A DNA stretch of 64,000 nucleotides from an uncultured Clostridium sp. (GCA_945931665.1 CAMEPL010000001.1:1249-65248); one strand, 5' to 3'; shown: positions 29,084 through 39,668, counted from the first letter of the stretch. The notes: generated by a model from the sequence alone, not told the origin. Numbers and translations: made by a program.

Positions 29084-30452
29084 GTGGAGCAAGCGTACGA
29101 TTTAACTGAGGGGAATATAAAAAGACAATTGATATATCTTTCTATACCACTTTTAATAGGTAGCATATTTCAACAATTTTATAATACGATAGACAGTATA
29201 ATTGTTGGGACATATGTAGGGCATGATGCATTTGCTGCTATTGGAATTTCAGGAACTATTATGAACTTATTTATATTTATAGTAATAGGATGTTGTACTG
29301 GTATATCGATTATAACTGCTCAGTTGTATGGTGAGAAGAATTATGAGTATATGAGAAATGAAATATTTCTTTCTTCGGTTTTAGGTGGAGTAGCAACTAT
29401 TATAATTAGTGTTTTAGGAATTATATTTATGCCGATTATTTTAAACATAATTCAAACACCGTCACAATTAAAAGGATATGTAACTCAATATATGAATGTG
29501 ATTTTGGGAGGACTTATATCAACTTTTTTATATAATTTCTTGTCTTCAATTTTAAGATCAGTTGGAAATACAAAAATGGCACTTATATTTTTAGTAATTT
29601 CAATCATATTAAATATAATTTTGGATTTAGTACTAATAAAGCAATTTTCGATGGGGATAATCGGGGCAGCGTTAGCGACAGTAATATCTCAATTAGTTTC
29701 AGCAGTTTTGTTATATCTATATATAATTTTTAAGATTCCATTTTTAAGAGTTAAAAAAGGAGATATAAAATATAATTTCAAATTAATTAAACTAACTTGC
29801 CAGTATTCATTTGTATCAGCGCTGCATCAATCATCGCTTTATATAGGTAAACTACTTGTCCAAGGTGCAGTAAACTCACTTGGTATAGATGCGATTTCAG
29901 CTTATACTGCGACAGGAAGGATTGAAGATGTTATATTGGCATTTGGCAATAGTGGTGCGGAAGCTACTTCAATATTTATCGCCCAAAATACTGGCGCGAA
30001 GAATTATAAAAGAGTATTAGAGGGATTTAAAAATGCACTTATATTAATACAACTAGTATGTATATTGATTATTTTATTCTTGTTTTTCAAATCAGATATT
30101 TTACTTAATTTCTTTGTATTTGATGAAGGAAAGTCAGTATTAAACTATGGAGTACAGTATTTTAGAATAATATCATTATTGTTATATAATCAGTTTAGTT
30201 GGAAGCATATTTGTAGGATATTATCGTGGAACTGGTCATGTAAATATTCCTGTAATAGGAACAACACTACAAATAACTATAAGGGTTATACTTTCTTACT
30301 TATTGTCTAGAACAATGGGAATAGGTGGAGTAGCCCTTGCAACAGGAATAGGTTGGGTAGGAATAATTACATTTCAGATATCAGTATTTGTAATAAAAAA
30401 ATATTATAAGATTCAAACTGAAGACGTAGGAGTAGACATATCTGCTAAATAA
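29084..30452 (+). pseudogene. MATE efflux transporter, frameshifted near the 3' end
   Basis: MATE motifs (FQQFYNTIDSIIVG, LNIILDL, GAALATVISQ); after ~30178 homology continues in another frame (GYYRGTG...RVILSY...ATGIGW) to TAA at 30452. Confidence 0.85.
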
Positions 30453-30493
30453 TAATAAATAATTTATAGAGAAAAATATATTTATAAATAAAA

Positions 30494-30525
30494 AAGAATT
30501 GGTACACGAAAGCGTACCAATTCTT
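30494..30525. terminator. Terminator between convergent genes
   Basis: AAGAATTGGTAC...GTACCAATTCTT. Confidence 0.75.
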
Positions 30526-30593
30526 AAATTAAATGAAAAGTGATTATATAAAATATAAATTAAAGTGCTTTAAAATATATTTTACACGGATTT

Positions 30594-31793
30594 TTATTTT
30601 GCAAGTTCAGATAATTCTTCTCTAAGAACTTGACCCATTCTCTTAATACCTTCAACTATTTTGTCTTCAGGCATATTAGAATAATTTAATCTGCAAGTGT
30701 TGAAAACTCCGCCATTTGGATAGAAAGATTCACCTGGAACATAAGCAACATTCTTTTCTAAGCATTTTTTAGCCATTTCACCAGCGTCAATTCCTTCAGG
30801 TAATGTAACCCAAGTGAATAATCCTCCTTGAGGATGTGTAAACTCTACGCAATCTGGAAATTCTTCTTCCATAGCTTTCATCATTACATCTCTACGTTTT
30901 TTGTAGCATGCTTTAATTTTTTCAATATGAGCATCTAAGTCGTACATTTCCATAAATTTGTTAGTTTCCATTTGTGATATAGTAGAAGCTTGAAGATCGG
31001 CACCTTGTTTGCAAATATTAAATTTGTTTAATATTTCAGGAGCTGCACAAGTCCAACCTAATCTATATCCTGGGCAGAATATCTTAGAGAATGTTCCTAA
31101 GAAAATAACTAAACCTTTAGTATCTAAAGCCTTTAAAGAAGGTAGATATTCACCGTCGAATCTCAATTCTCCATAAGGATTATCTTCTATAACAGGGATT
31201 TCATATTTATTTATGATTTCCATGAATTTTAATCTTCTATCCATTGGCCAAGTTCTTCCTGATGGATTTTGGAAATCAGGAATAACATAAATCATTTTAA
31301 CTCTATCAGTAGTAGCAAGAACTTTTTCTAATTCTTCCATAATCATACCGTCATTATCAGTAGGTATTTCAATAAATTTTGGTTGATATGCTTTCATTGC
31401 ATTTAAAGCACCCATATATGAAGGACTTTCACATAGTATAACATCGCCTTCATCAATAAATACTTTACCAGAAAAGTCTAGACCTTGTTGAGATCCACTA
31501 GTTATTAATATGTCATCAGCAGTAACATTAGTTTTTAATTTAGTATTCATTCTTTGTGCAATTTTTTCTCTAAGTGGAGCATATCCTTCAGTAGTAGTAT
31601 ATTGAAGAGCAACTTGACCTTGTTCTTCTAATACAGCAACAGAAACTTTTTTCATTTCTTCAACTGGGAATAATTCTGGAGCAGGCATTCCTCCAGCAAA
31701 TGATATAACTTCTGGTCTTTGAGTAAGTTTTAATAGTTCACGAATTGCAGAACCTTCTAGATTATCCAATCTTTTTGCAAATTTTACAGCCAT
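30594..31793 (-). CDS. PLP-dependent aminotransferase class I/II (LysN/ARO8-like)
   Basis: SAIRELLK, ISFAGGMP, DFQNPSG, EDNPY, GTFSKIFCPGYRLGW; start moved to ATG 31793 by RBS. Confidence 0.93.
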   Translation of the reverse strand: MAVKFAKRLDNLEGSAIRELLKLTQRPEVISFAGGMPAPELFPVEEMKKVSVAVLEEQGQVALQYTTTEGYAPLREKIAQRMNTKLKTNVTADDILITSGSQQGLDFSGKVFIDEGDVILCESPSYMGALNAMKAYQPKFIEIPTDNDGMIMEELEKVLATTDRVKMIYVIPDFQNPSGRTWPMDRRLKFMEIINKYEIPVIEDNPYGELRFDGEYLPSLKALDTKGLVIFLGTFSKIFCPGYRLGWTCAAPEILNKFNICKQGADLQASTISQMETNKFMEMYDLDAHIEKIKACYKKRRDVMMKAMEEEFPDCVEFTHPQGGLFTWVTLPEGIDAGEMAKKCLEKNVAYVPGESFYPNGGVFNTCRLNYSNMPEDKIVEGIKRMGQVLREELSELAK

Positions 31794-31904
31794 AAAAAGC
31801 ACCCCCTATTATTTTTAAATAAAACTTTATTAAATACGACTGATTTATTAATTAAGAATAAACATTTCTTTACATAAAATAAAAATAATATATTACTTAT
31901 AATA

Positions 31905-31972
31905 ATTATACATAATGATTGGAATAATTAGGCAATAAGGAAAATTTATAGAATGGAATAAAAAATACTTAT
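31905..31972 (-). promoter_or_regulatory. Double LysR-type box and -10 of the aminotransferase promoter
   Basis: Minus strand ATAA-N7-TTAT-N8-ATAA-N7-TTAT-N24-TATAAT. Confidence 0.72.
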
Positions 31973-32198
31973 GGTTAATGGAAATTTGTGTTAATTTTAG
32001 GGTGAAAAGTAGTAATATCAATGTATTCATAAAAAAACATTGATATAAAGTTAAAAAAATATAAAAAAAAATACTTAAATAAGATATTTCTTCAATATAA
32101 AGGACAAACTTAATTTTATTAATTTTTTTGAAGTATTAAATTTATTAGCTTAAAAAAAAAAAACTAAAAATATGAAAATGATTTTTAAAATAAATGTA

Positions 32199-32266
32199 AT
32201 AAAAAATATTTATAACCATGGATAAATTTTACATATTAGCTGTTTATTCAAAATCATATATATAAT
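32199..32266 (+). promoter_or_regulatory. Double LysR-type box and -10 of the vor operon promoter
   Basis: ATAA-N7-TTAT-N8-ATAA-N7-ATAT-N24-TATAAT. Confidence 0.72.
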
Positions 32267-32423
32267 TTAAGTATAAGAATTGTTCTAGTTTTAATTTAAA
32301 TTTATTTAGTAGAATTAAAAATATATAAAATAAAATTTAATAAAATATGAAATATTGTATTAAATACATAACAATTTGATGTATGCCATAGGACAAGAGG
32401 CAAGATTAGTATCTAAAAGATAG

Positions 32424-33110
32424 GTGATAAAGATGATAAAAGATGATAAAAGAGTAAGGCTATTTATTGGACATTATGGAAGTGGAAAAAGTGAAGTATC
32501 AATAAATTATGTTACACAGTTAAGAAAGATGGTAGATGGTGAAGTATCATTTGCAGATTTGGATATAGTAAACGTATATTTTAGAACTAGGGAAAAGAAA
32601 GAACAGCTTAGAGCTATGGGCATAAATCCAATTGATAGTTCTATTGAAACAGATACATTAGATTTACCAGCAGTATCGGCCCAAGTAATGACACCTCTAC
32701 ATGAAAAGAATGTAGATTATGTGTTGGATGTAGGAGGAGATAATGTTGGGACAAGAGTAGTAGGAAGATTTGCAGAACATTTTGTAGAAGGTGAATACGA
32801 TATGTTCTGTGTAGTAAATGCAAATAGAGAACAAACTCAAACTGCAGAAGATGTAATAAGATTTATAAAATCTATGGAGCAAACTTCGAAATTAAAGGTA
32901 ACAGGGTTGATCAACAATACCCATTTAATAAGACAAACTACTGTGGAAGATGTTTTAAGAGGACAAAAATTAGTTAGAGAGGTTTCAAATTTAACTAATA
33001 TCCCAATAAAATATGTTTCATGTTTAAGAAGTTTGGTAGATTCACTCCCAGATGACTTAGAAGGGGATATATTACCAATAGATTTATATCTGAGAGAAGT
33101 TTGGATGTAG
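32424..33110 (+). CDS. Uncharacterised P-loop ATPase associated with vor operons
   Basis: GHYGSGKSE, DLDIVNVYFRTRE, LDVGGD, LINNTHL. Confidence 0.85.
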   Translation: MIKMIKDDKRVRLFIGHYGSGKSEVSINYVTQLRKMVDGEVSFADLDIVNVYFRTREKKEQLRAMGINPIDSSIETDTLDLPAVSAQVMTPLHEKNVDYVLDVGGDNVGTRVVGRFAEHFVEGEYDMFCVVNANREQTQTAEDVIRFIKSMEQTSKLKVTGLINNTHLIRQTTVEDVLRGQKLVREVSNLTNIPIKYVSCLRSLVDSLPDDLEGDILPIDLYLREVWM

Positions 33111-33152
33111 GATGAGTTTTTTATAGAACACAATGTTAAGGGGGGCTTTAAA

Positions 33153-33368
33153 ATGGCTAAAGGTAAAGTGACTTTTGATGTGGAACGTTGTAAGAGTTGT
33201 GGATTATGTGTTGAGGCATGTCCAAAAGGAATATTAGCAATAGATACAGACTATATTAACCAAAAGGGATATAATCCAGCTAAAGTAGTTGATGCAGAAA
33301 AATGTGTTGGATGTGCAAGTTGTGCACTTATGTGTCCAGACGTTGTTATAACTGTTGAAAGAGATTAA
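33153..33368 (+). CDS. 2[4Fe-4S] ferredoxin, delta subunit of 2-oxoacid oxidoreductase
   Basis: Two CxxCxxCxxxCP motifs. Confidence 0.95.
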   Translation: MAKGKVTFDVERCKSCGLCVEACPKGILAIDTDYINQKGYNPAKVVDAEKCVGCASCALMCPDVVITVERD

Positions 33369-33395
33369 TTATTTCGAATTAGGGGGGAATTAATA

Positions 33396-34472
33396 ATGGC
33401 TAAAATACTTATGAAAGGTAATGAAGCATTTGGTAAAGCAGCTATAGAAGCTGGATGCCGTTACTTCTTTGGATATCCAATAACTCCACAAAGTGAGTTA
33501 CCAGAATACTTATCAAGAGAACTTCCAAAAGTAGGAGGAGCTTTTATTCAAGCAGAATCAGAATTAGCAGCTATAAATATGGTTTACGGTGCAGGTGGTT
33601 CTGGTGTTAGAGCTATGACATCTTCATCTTCTCCAGGGGTTGCATTAAAACAAGAAGGAATTGCTTACTGTGCAGGTGCTGAAGTACCTTGCGTAGTTTT
33701 AAATATAATGAGAGGTGGTCCTGGACTAGGAACAATACAACCTTCTCAATCAGATTATTATATGAGTACTAAAGGTGGAGGAAATGGTGATTATAGAACT
33801 CCAGTATTTGCTCCATCATCAGTTCAAGAAGCAGTTGATATGATTATAGAAGCATTTGACGTAGCTGACCAATACAGAACTCCTGTTATGGTAGTTGCAG
33901 ATGGTATGATCGGTCAAATGATGGAACCAGTTGACTTTGATAAAGAACGTAAACATAGAGACTTGGCTCCAAAAGATTGGGCTGCATGTGGACATCAAAA
34001 TAAGAGAAAACCTAATATAATAAATTCTCTTTATTTACAATCAGAAGAACTAGAAAAACATAATGAACATCTAGAAAGAAAATATAAAGCTATTGAAGAA
34101 AATGAAGTTCAATATGAAATGTACAAAACTGAAGATGCAGAATTGGTATTTGTAGCATATGGAACAGTTTCAAGAATAGTTAAAACAACTATAGAATCAA
34201 TGAGAAAAGAAGGATATAAAGTAGGATTAATAAGACCTAAAACTTTATGGCCATATCCAAATGAAGCATTCAAACAAATACCAAATGCTAAAAACTTATT
34301 AGTAGTAGAAATGAGTTTAGGTCAAATGATAGATGATGTTAAATTAGCATGTGAATGCAAATTACCAGTTCACTTCTATGGAAGAAGTGGTGGTATGATA
34401 CCAGTGCCAAGTGATATAGCTGAAAAAGCTAAAGAAATAATGGGAGAAGTCGCTTTAGGAGGTGCTAAATAA
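33396..34472 (+). CDS. vorB: 2-oxoisovalerate:ferredoxin oxidoreductase, alpha-type subunit
   Basis: GYPITPQSE, QAESE, MTSSSSPG, RGGPGLG. Confidence 0.92.
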   Translation: MAKILMKGNEAFGKAAIEAGCRYFFGYPITPQSELPEYLSRELPKVGGAFIQAESELAAINMVYGAGGSGVRAMTSSSSPGVALKQEGIAYCAGAEVPCVVLNIMRGGPGLGTIQPSQSDYYMSTKGGGNGDYRTPVFAPSSVQEAVDMIIEAFDVADQYRTPVMVVADGMIGQMMEPVDFDKERKHRDLAPKDWAACGHQNKRKPNIINSLYLQSEELEKHNEHLERKYKAIEENEVQYEMYKTEDAELVFVAYGTVSRIVKTTIESMRKEGYKVGLIRPKTLWPYPNEAFKQIPNAKNLLVVEMSLGQMIDDVKLACECKLPVHFYGRSGGMIPVPSDIAEKAKEIMGEVALGGAK

Positions 34473-35242
34473 TGGCTGTAGTATTTAAGAAAACTAACGG
34501 TTTAACTGATGCGATAACTCACTACTGTCCAGGATGTACACATGGTATAATCCATAGATTAGTAGCAGAGGTATTAGAAGAAATGGGATTATTAGGAGAT
34601 GCTATAGGGGTAGTTCCTGTAGGATGTTCAGTATTAGCATATAATTATTTTAATGTAGATACACATGAAGCTGCTCATGGTAGAGCTCCAGCTGTAGCTA
34701 CTGGTATAAAGAGAACTCATCCAGATAAGTTTGTATTTACTTATCAAGGTGATGGTGATTTATCTTCAATCGGTATGTGTGAAATTGTTCATGCTGCTGC
34801 TAGAGGAGAAAAAATAAGTACTATATTCGTTAACAACGGTATATATGGTATGACTGGTGGCCAAATGGCACCAACTACATTAATAGGTCAAAGAGCTACA
34901 ACAGCTCAAGATGGTAGAGATCCAGAAAGAAATGGATTCCCTATAAGAGTTAGTGAAATGCTTGCGACTTTAACAGGTGCAGTATTTGTAGAAAGAGTAA
35001 CAGTAGACACTCCTAAAAATGTTAGAAATGCTAAAAAAGCTATAAGAAAAGCTTTTGAAGTTCAAAGAGCTGGTTTAGGATTTGGTATAGTTGAAGTTTT
35101 ATCTACTTGTCCAACTAACTGGGGTCTAGCACCAAATGATGCTCTACAATGGTTAAGAGACAATATGATGAAATATTATGAACCAGGTAATAAAAAAGAT
35201 ATAGATATTGAAGCAGCAAAAGCAGCAAAGGAGGCGAAATAA
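34472..35242 (+). CDS. 2-oxoacid:ferredoxin oxidoreductase, TPP-binding beta-type subunit
   Basis: YCPGCTHG, HGRAPAVATG, QGDGD...NN, STCPTNW. Confidence 0.93.
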   Translation: MAVVFKKTNGLTDAITHYCPGCTHGIIHRLVAEVLEEMGLLGDAIGVVPVGCSVLAYNYFNVDTHEAAHGRAPAVATGIKRTHPDKFVFTYQGDGDLSSIGMCEIVHAAARGEKISTIFVNNGIYGMTGGQMAPTTLIGQRATTAQDGRDPERNGFPIRVSEMLATLTGAVFVERVTVDTPKNVRNAKKAIRKAFEVQRAGLGFGIVEVLSTCPTNWGLAPNDALQWLRDNMMKYYEPGNKKDIDIEAAKAAKEAK

Positions 35243-35243
35243 T

Positions 35244-35783
35244 ATGTCAACATCTAGAGTAATTTGTGCAGGATTTGGTGGTCAAGGTGTAATGTCTATG
35301 GGACAATTATTGACATATGCAGGAATGCTAGAAGGAAAAGAAGTTGCATGGTTGCCTTCTTATGGACCAGAAATGCGTGGAGGTACAGCAAACTGTGCAG
35401 TAACTGTATCTGATGAACCAGTTGGTTCACCTGTTATAGCAAATGATGCAACTTGTGCTGTAATAATGAACCTACCTTCTATGAAATTCGTCAAAGATGT
35501 AGTTCCAGGTGGACATATATTAGTTAATAGTTCATTAATAGATACAAAAGTTGATAGAGATGATGTAAAAGTTACTTATATACCAGCTAATGATATAGCA
35601 GGTGAAATGGGAATGCCTAAGGTTGCAAATATGATAATGTTAGGTGCTTGCTTGAAAGTAACTAATGCAGTTGATATAGAATCAGTATTACAAGCTTTCT
35701 TAAAAGTATTTGGAGAAAGAAAATCTAAATTTATACCTATAAATAGAGAAGCCTTACAAAAAGGCATGGATGCAGTTAGTTAA
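35244..35783 (+). CDS. 2-oxoacid:ferredoxin oxidoreductase gamma subunit
   Basis: AGFGGQGV, SYGPEMRGG, ANMIMLGA; start moved to ATG 35244. Confidence 0.93.
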   Translation: MSTSRVICAGFGGQGVMSMGQLLTYAGMLEGKEVAWLPSYGPEMRGGTANCAVTVSDEPVGSPVIANDATCAVIMNLPSMKFVKDVVPGGHILVNSSLIDTKVDRDDVKVTYIPANDIAGEMGMPKVANMIMLGACLKVTNAVDIESVLQAFLKVFGERKSKFIPINREALQKGMDAVS

Positions 35784-35815
35784 AAAAATTTAATATAAAA
35801 AAATAATATGGCCCA

Positions 35816-35862
35816 GAAAGGATTGTCTAGCAGCTATATTGCTGTTAGGCAATTCTTTTTTT
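35816..35862 (+). terminator. Terminator of the vor operon
   Basis: GGATTGTCTAGCAGC...GCTGTTAGGCAATTC followed by a T-run. Confidence 0.75.
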
Positions 35863-36035
35863 GTTATTAAACTAATAAAAAACTAATTAGAAATGTGCTA
35901 TACTTAAAATATAATTATAAAAAATATATTAAACATATATAGAAATACATATATAAAATACATTTATAATGGGCATGCATAGAGGATTTTTACTTATAAA
36001 TAAAAAATATAAATAATATATAATTAAATGAAAAG

Positions 36036-36977
36036 GTGATTATATTGAAACTAGAACAAATAAGCTATATTTTAGAAATTGCTAAACAAGGATCTATTGG
36101 AAAAGCTGCAAAAAAACTATACATGAGCCAACCAAATCTAAGTATGTCGCTAAGAATGCTAGAAGAAGAATTGGGATTTAAAATTTTTGATAGAAGCAAT
36201 TCTGGTGTAGAGTTGACAGCTAAAGGTATGGAGTTGCTTCAATATGGTGAAGAAATTGAACGAAATATGGACTTAATAAGGAATATGAACACCATAGCAA
36301 AGGACGAAAAAGTTAATTTTAGAATTTCTTCATATTATATATTTTTTATAAAACATATTATCTTGGAATTAAATAATAGACATAAGAATGAAATGCTAAA
36401 CTTGATAATCAATCAAGACACTTTTTCTAATGTTATTAGAGATGTAGAAACAGGTCTTTCTGATATTGCTGTAATAAAAATAACTAAACCTGTGAGTTTT
36501 ACTAATAAAAGAACACTTATGTCTAAAAATTTGGAGTTTATAAGAGTTACAGATGGACATGTCTGTGTTCAAGTAAGAGCTGGTCATCCACTATGCGACT
36601 TTAACGGAAAAGTAGATATCGATGATTTAAAAAAATATGTACTGTTGACAAATGAGTATGTAGATAGAAGTTATATATCAATGTGGATTGGTAATGAATT
36701 AGATTATGATGATTTTAACCATTTCATAACAGTACAAGATCACGAGATGCTCTCTTATTTTTTGCATGAAACTGATGGAGTTTATTTTTCTTTGAGAGGT
36801 GAACCTGTAAAGAAAAAAACTGAATTAGATGATGGAACTGTATTAATACCATTGTCTAAAAAAATTACTTTAGATTGTGGATATATTAAAAGAAAAGATG
36901 AGGCACTATCTCCAATCGCCGAAGAATTTGTAAATATCTATAAAGAGTTTGCAGAAAATAACGATTTGAGAGATTAA
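36036..36977 (+). CDS. LysR family transcriptional regulator
   Basis: GSIGKAAKKLYMSQPNLS..LEEELG..IFDR HTH; 313 aa. Confidence 0.93.
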   Translation: MIILKLEQISYILEIAKQGSIGKAAKKLYMSQPNLSMSLRMLEEELGFKIFDRSNSGVELTAKGMELLQYGEEIERNMDLIRNMNTIAKDEKVNFRISSYYIFFIKHIILELNNRHKNEMLNLIINQDTFSNVIRDVETGLSDIAVIKITKPVSFTNKRTLMSKNLEFIRVTDGHVCVQVRAGHPLCDFNGKVDIDDLKKYVLLTNEYVDRSYISMWIGNELDYDDFNHFITVQDHEMLSYFLHETDGVYFSLRGEPVKKKTELDDGTVLIPLSKKITLDCGYIKRKDEALSPIAEEFVNIYKEFAENNDLRD

Positions 36978-37112
36978 ATTATAAAATTTGTAGTCAGAAA
37001 GTAGTTTCTGGCTTTATTTTTTTGTTGAAATTAATTAAAAAATAATATCAATATAAGTTACAATCACAACTTATTTAATTAAAATGACGAGATTAAATAA
37101 AATATATATGTT

Positions 37113-37180
37113 ATAAAAATTTCTTATATCTAAAGATAAAAAATACATATTATCTATTCATATAAAAATAATTATATAAT
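37113..37180 (+). promoter_or_regulatory. Double LysR-type box and -10 of the ptb-buk promoter
   Basis: ATAA-N7-TTAT-N8-ATAA-N7-ATAT-N24-TATAAT. Confidence 0.72.
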
Positions 37181-37330
37181 TAAATTAAGAAAACAATTTT
37201 TAATTCAAAACTAAATCAATTCAACATATATTTTCAAAAATAACTATAAACCAAGAACAATCTTAAATTACGAATCACTATAAAATCAATCTAAATACAT
37301 AAAATGTCACAGGATAAAAGGGGTGGACTT

Positions 37331-38233
37331 ATGAAAATAGAAGACGTTATAAATTTGGCTAAAAAAAGAGGACCAAAGATAGTAGCGGTTGCATGCTGTC
37401 AAGATAAAGAGGTTTTATTGGCAGTTGAAAATGCAAGAAAAGAAGGAATAATAAACGCTATTTTAGTAGGGGATATAGAAAAAACTAAACAAATTGCGGA
37501 AAAATTGAATATAAATCTAGATAATTATAAATTAATAGATGTAAAAGATTTAAGCGAAGCGTGTCTAAAAGCTGTAGAGCTTGTTTCTAAAGGTAGTGCG
37601 GATATAGTAATGAAAGGAATCGTAGATACATCTATTATATTAAAGGCTGTTTTAAATAAAGAAATAGGTCTTAGAACAGGAAGTGTTTTAAGCCATACAG
37701 GAGTATTCCATGTTGAAGGATATGACAAACTATTCTTTATAACAGATGCAGCTATGAATATTGACCCAGATTTAAATACAAAAAAACAAATAATTGAGAA
37801 TGCTGTAAGACTTGCAAGAGCATTGGATATAGATGAACCTAAGGTAGCGGTACTTTGTGCGAAAGAAAAAGTTAATCCAAAGATGCCTGATACATTAGAT
37901 GCAAAAGAATTAGAAGAAATGAATAAAAATGGAGAAATAAAAAATTGTATCGTAGGTGGACCATTTGCACTAGATAATGCTATTAGTGAAGAAGCTGCTA
38001 AACATAAAGGAATAGATCATCCAGTAGCAGGAAAGGCAGACATATTACTTGTCCCAGATATTGAAGCGGGAAATATTTTTTATAAATCTATGACTTTCTT
38101 TGCAAAAGCTCAAAGTGCGGGATTAATATTGGGGGCTAAAGCTCCAATAGTTTTAACTTCAAGAGCTGATAGTGATGTTACTAAGTTAAATTCAATTGCA
38201 TTGGGAGTATTAGCAGCATCAAAAAATGATTAA
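37331..38233 (+). CDS. ptb: Phosphate butyryltransferase / branched-chain phosphotransacylase
   Basis: VMKG.VDT, GPFALDNAIS, PDIEAGN, LTSRADS; start moved to ATG 37331. Confidence 0.94.
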   Translation: MKIEDVINLAKKRGPKIVAVACCQDKEVLLAVENARKEGIINAILVGDIEKTKQIAEKLNINLDNYKLIDVKDLSEACLKAVELVSKGSADIVMKGIVDTSIILKAVLNKEIGLRTGSVLSHTGVFHVEGYDKLFFITDAAMNIDPDLNTKKQIIENAVRLARALDIDEPKVAVLCAKEKVNPKMPDTLDAKELEEMNKNGEIKNCIVGGPFALDNAISEEAAKHKGIDHPVAGKADILLVPDIEAGNIFYKSMTFFAKAQSAGLILGAKAPIVLTSRADSDVTKLNSIALGVLAASKND

Positions 38234-38337
38234 TTATATTTAATTAATTAACTGATAATAGGAAGTTTTTTATAATCAAGATTTTTAATTAGAAAAATAA
38301 TAGTATTTAAATTAGATGTAATAGGGGGAATATTAAT

Positions 38338-39411
38338 ATGGAAAAGTTATTTAAAATTTTAGCGATAAATCCAGGTTCAACTTCTACTAAGATAGCCGTT
38401 TTTGAAAATAAAGAAGAAATCTTTGAAAAAACACTTAGACATTCATCTGAAGAAATTGATAAATTTGAAAAAATAGCAGACCAACTAGACTTTAGAAAAG
38501 ATATAATTGAGAGTGTTTTAAAAGAGGCAGGAATAAATTTAGGAGATTTAGATGCAATAGTTGGTAGAGGTGGGCTTTTAAAACCAATTAAAGGTGGCAC
38601 ATATGCAGTAAATGATGCTATGGTTGAGGATTTAAAGATAGGGGTATCAGGACAACATGCTTCAAACCTTGGTGGTATAATTGCTAGACAAATAGGTGAT
38701 GAATTAAATATACCTTCATATATAGTTGACCCAGTTGTTGTTGATGAAATGGAGGATGTAGCTAGATTATCAGGTGTTCCTGAAATGCCTAGAATTAGTA
38801 TTTTCCATGCCCTAAACCAAAAGGCAATAGGAAGAAGAGCTGCAGCAGATATAGGTAAAAAATATGAAGATTGCAACTTTTTAATAGTACATATGGGTGG
38901 TGGAGTTACTGTAGGTGCTCATAAAAAAGGTAGAGTAATAGATAATACTAATGGTTTAGATGGAGAAGGTCCATTTTCACCAGAAAGAAGCGGTGGGCTT
39001 CCAGTTGGAGCTTTATTTAGAGCATGTTATGGAAATGAAATGACAAAAGAACAAGTTGCCAAAAGAATCAAAGGACAAGGTGGAGTAGTTGCATATCTTG
39101 GAACTAATGATATTAGAGAGGTAGAAGCTAGAATAAATGAAGGTGACGAAAAAGCAAAACTTGTTCATGAAGCTATGATTTATCAAATATGTAAAGAAAT
39201 AGGCGCATATGCAACAGTTTTAAAAGGTGATATAGATGCAATAATATTAACTGGTGGTATTGCATATTCAGCAAAAGTAAGAGCTATGATAGAAGAAAGA
39301 GTTAGCTTTTTAGGAAAGGTAATGGCTTATCCAGGAGAAGATGAAATGTCAGCATTGGCTGAAGGTGGACTACGTGTTCTAAAAGGCGAAGAAGAGGCTT
39401 TGATTTATTGA
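38338..39411 (+). CDS. buk: Butyrate / branched-chain fatty acid kinase
   Basis: INPGSTSTK, HASNLG, HALNQKA, GPFSPERSG, YPGEDEM. Confidence 0.96.
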   Translation: MEKLFKILAINPGSTSTKIAVFENKEEIFEKTLRHSSEEIDKFEKIADQLDFRKDIIESVLKEAGINLGDLDAIVGRGGLLKPIKGGTYAVNDAMVEDLKIGVSGQHASNLGGIIARQIGDELNIPSYIVDPVVVDEMEDVARLSGVPEMPRISIFHALNQKAIGRRAAADIGKKYEDCNFLIVHMGGGVTVGAHKKGRVIDNTNGLDGEGPFSPERSGGLPVGALFRACYGNEMTKEQVAKRIKGQGGVVAYLGTNDIREVEARINEGDEKAKLVHEAMIYQICKEIGAYATVLKGDIDAIILTGGIAYSAKVRAMIEERVSFLGKVMAYPGEDEMSALAEGGLRVLKGEEEALIY

Positions 39412-39457
39412 TTTGCTTATAAAATTCCATATAGAAATTTTAAAATATACACCATAG

Positions 39458-39503
39458 AATGAGGAACAATAATAGAATATAACTATTATTTGTTCCTCAT
39501 TTT
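39458..39503 (+). terminator. Terminator after buk
   Basis: AATGAGGAACAA...TTGTTCCTCATTTT. Confidence 0.75.
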
Positions 39504-39668
39504 ATTTACAAGAAAGAGAGTATAAGCCATATATTAGCATAAGTCTTTAAAAAGATTTTTTTATAAAAATTATTGATTTGTGATAAAATAAAATATCTTT
39601 ATAATGTATAAAAAATATCTAAATAGATATTTACAAGATTAAAAATGAAACAGATTGGAGATATATTT

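Noticed and set aside
20640-30500. Prophage, ICE or transposon explaining the accessory block
   Set aside because: No integrase, transposase, relaxase or phage genes and no tRNA attachment site are visible.
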